This document shows positions 61,035 through 63,807 of a stretch of 63,807 nucleotides of DNA, piece after piece (the first letter of the stretch is position 1; each line of letters opens with the position of its first letter). The notes beneath the pieces are model-generated. The model ran no database searches. It was given only the letters and a program-made list of their open reading frames with translations, and was not told the origin of the DNA. Source of the DNA: Leucoraja erinacea (Eukaryota); NCBI RefSeq assembly GCF_028641065.1, contig NC_073400.1, positions 19,778,194 through 19,842,000 of the forward strand, in the 5' to 3' direction. Both the position numbers and the translations under genes were made by a program.

Positions 61035-62084
61035 CTTCCCCTCACCTCTTTCCTTCTCCACATCTGCTTTTCCACCTCCCTCTGCCACTGCTCCTCACTC
61101 ACTTCCCTTCCTCTCCTCTTCCCCATTTTCTCTTTCCCGTCCCTCTCCTTCCCGGCACATCTCTCCGTACTTCCCCTCTCGCACTCCCTACTCTACAAAG
61201 GGAAGTCAGCAGGAAGGTTGGGAGGGTGAGAAGAGTTATGGCAGCCAGAGGTGGGGAGGGTGAGGGACGGATAGGGAGGAGAGATAGAGAGAAGTGACAA
61301 AGAATAAGAGGAAATGGATGTAGAGGGTTCGGGTGGGAGGGAGGGGGTGGGTGGGTGTCAGGAATAAGAACAGTCAGGAATAAGATGGAGGGGTTGGAAC
61401 AAAGATGGTTGGCATGGGGAAGGACAGATGAATGAGGGAGGATCATAGGGACAGAGAGTGGGGGAAGGGCAGAGCAGAAGGAGGTCTGGAGGTGTAAAGA
61501 GTAGAGTGAGGATGGCTGGGTGGGGCTGTGGATTGGGTGAGCATGGGAATGGAGGCTGCCTGATGGGGAGAGAGGGAAGAGAATGTTGATTGGGAATGGC
61601 AGGTGACAGAGTGATCAGGGGTCAGGAAGCCGGGAGGAGGTCGAAGGACTGAGGTTGGAGTGAGAGAGAGTCTGGGAAGGAGAAGAGGGTTTGAGGTGGT
61701 GAGGTGTTGTGACTGCGAGTCGAGCAGGTGAGACCAGGAGAGGGAGAGAGCCGTGGGCACAGAATCAGAAGAGAGCCTGTGCCCAACCAATGATCCCAAG
61801 AAACAGCGGACAGTTCCTGGAACCAAAGACGGCTGCAAAGGTTTCCACTTGTGTTTGTTCTGTGATGAAATTGCCAGTTTGTCTGTAATGACCGGACATC
61901 CCCTCCTCCCCTCCTTCCTCCCCATTTCCTTCACTCTCCCCCTCCCCCTTCCCACCTGTAAAGGGCCTGTCCAACTTTGCGATTTGTTCAGCGACTGCGA
62001 GCGTCAGTGACTGACACCTGTAGTCGCCCTAACAAAACGTCAAGTTGTACGTCAATCTACGACAGGCTACGACATAGAAACATT

Positions 62085-63010
62085 GAAATTAGGTGCAGGA
62101 GTAGGCCATTCGGCCCTTCGAGCCTGCACCGCCATTCAATATGATCATGGCTGATCATCCAACTCAGTTTCCTGTACCTGCCTCTCTCCATACCCCCTTC
62201 CCTAACCACAAGGGCCACATCTAACTCCCTCTAAAATATAGCCAATGAACTGGCCTCAACTACCTTCTGTGGCAGAGAGTTCCAGAGATTCACCACTCTC
62301 TGTGTGAAAAATGTTTTTCTCATCTCGGTCCTAAAGGATTTCCCCTTTATCCTTAAACAGCGACCCCTTGTCCTGGACTTCCCCAACATCGGGAACAATC
62401 TTGCTGCATCTAGCCTGTCCAACCCCTTAATAATTTTGTGAGTTTCTATAAGATCCCCCCTCAATCTTCTAAATTCTAGCGAGTACAAGCCAAGTCTATC
62501 TAATCTTTCTTCATATGAAAGTCCTGACATCCCAGGAATCAGTCTGGTGAACCTTCTCTATGGCAAGAATGTCTTTCCTCAGATTAGGAGACCAAAATTG
62601 TACTCAATACTCCAGGTGTGGCCTCACCAAGACCCTGAACAACTAGAGTAGAACCTCCTTGCTCCTATACTCAAATCCTTTTGCTATGAATGCTAACATA
62701 CCATTCGCTTTCTTCACTGCCTGCTGCACCAGCATGCCTACTTTCAATGACTGGTGTACCATGACACCCAGGACTCGTTGCATCTCCCCTTTTCCTAATC
62801 GGCCATCATTTAGATATAGTCTACTTTCCTGTTTTTGCCACCAAAGTGGATAACCTCACAATTATCCACATTATAATGCATCTGCCATGCATTTGCCCAC
62901 TCACCCAGCCTGTCCAAGTCACCTTGCAGCCTCCTAGCATCCTCCTCACAGCTAACACTGCCCCCCAGCTTCGTGTCATCCGCAAACTTGGAGATGTTGC
63001 ATTCAATTCT
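62085..63010 (-). mobile_element. CR1 RT 3' fragment
   Basis: [49 protein letters not shown]. Confidence 0.9.
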
Positions 63011-63807
63011 GCGTCACCCACCTTCACAACACAAGAAGGTTACACTGAAGTATAATAATCACATTGGAAATGAACTTATCTACAATAAATCTGAGGACCA
63101 ATAACTTTTTAAGAAATAAATTGTTTATTTAATAGCTCAAAAATAACATCATATTGAAAAAACAGCAATTTGTTTAACAAGAAAGGTTTAACGTCAACAA
63201 AAATAACTGTATATATTTAACGCCATATTTCAAAGAACACCATACTTATACAAACATTTTATTCAAGAACAATAGTCAGATCTGACAATGACGTTACAAT
63301 TTACATCAACTCCAATGAACTTCAAGAAGGCAAAAAGATCTTTATTTGTTCACCACATTAGAATGAACATCATTTCAGATGTTCTTAATAATGTACTTTG
63401 TACATTTATGTACTTTTGTACTTTTCATTCTTTATGGGCACTTTGGCCCTGGCTATCTTCAGCCAAATAATCTAAAAAGCTTTGAAAGTCGGCGCGTTAT
63501 ATACCCGCGTCACTGGGCATCACCCGCAGGACAGCGTACGTCAGCGTGTGACAGGACGCACGACATGACAAGACACCCAGTTGTCGTCTGAAGATTTTGA
63601 ACATTCCAAAATCCAGGGGCGGCAGGGAGACACCGCGCGTCTCCACATGCGCCACCCCGCGACAACCTCTTTTCAGTCTGTCGCTGAAAATGTCGCCCAA
63701 CTGGGGCTCCGATGTTAAAGCCCCCGGTGGACGATGGTAAGTCCTGTGGCCATTAAGCCGCGCCGGGCGATGTTAGGCCCCGGCTCCTTGTCCTTTAAAC
63801 CCCACGA

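Noticed and set aside
61740-61880. Possible extra gene 2 exon (MGTESEESLCPTND...)
   Set aside because: No convincing acceptor or donor and no recognisable motif; probably 3' UTR or intergenic.

Overview
This is eukaryotic, repeat-rich vertebrate genomic DNA. The repeat content (CR1, HE1/V-SINE-like and Penelope terminal repeats) suggests a cartilaginous fish, probably a skate or ray; that assignment is inference. No prokaryotic features, rRNA, tRNA or CRISPR arrays are supported. Hand-assembled exons give two tandem + strand CD2/SLAM-family immunoglobulin-superfamily genes. Gene 1 (334-17971) is leader, IgV, IgC2, IgC2 (a recent ~2.8 kb tandem exon duplication), TM and a tail with an ITSM (TIYDTV) plus TIYAQP and EYETV motifs, about 463 aa. 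Gene 2 (41148-61034) has a near-identical copy of the gene 1 leader and flanks. It then uses an unrelated IgV, damaged or half-length C2 exons, a different Cys-rich TM exon and a short tyrosine-free tail. The best candidate for an undescribed system is this pair: a signalling receptor and a non-signalling partner built by exon and module shuffling. It has duplicated C2 cassettes with a variable patch and several sequence-visible isoform switches (GC or weak TM donor, read-through stop plus AATAAA). The rest is nested mobile DNA: an Academ-like TIR element containing a young L1, inverted hAT-like elements flanking the TM and tail exons, a head-to-tail Helitron array, Penelope fragments with hammerhead-like motifs, Rex1/Babar, CR1, Tx1 and SINEs. 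Gene models are not transcript-verified.
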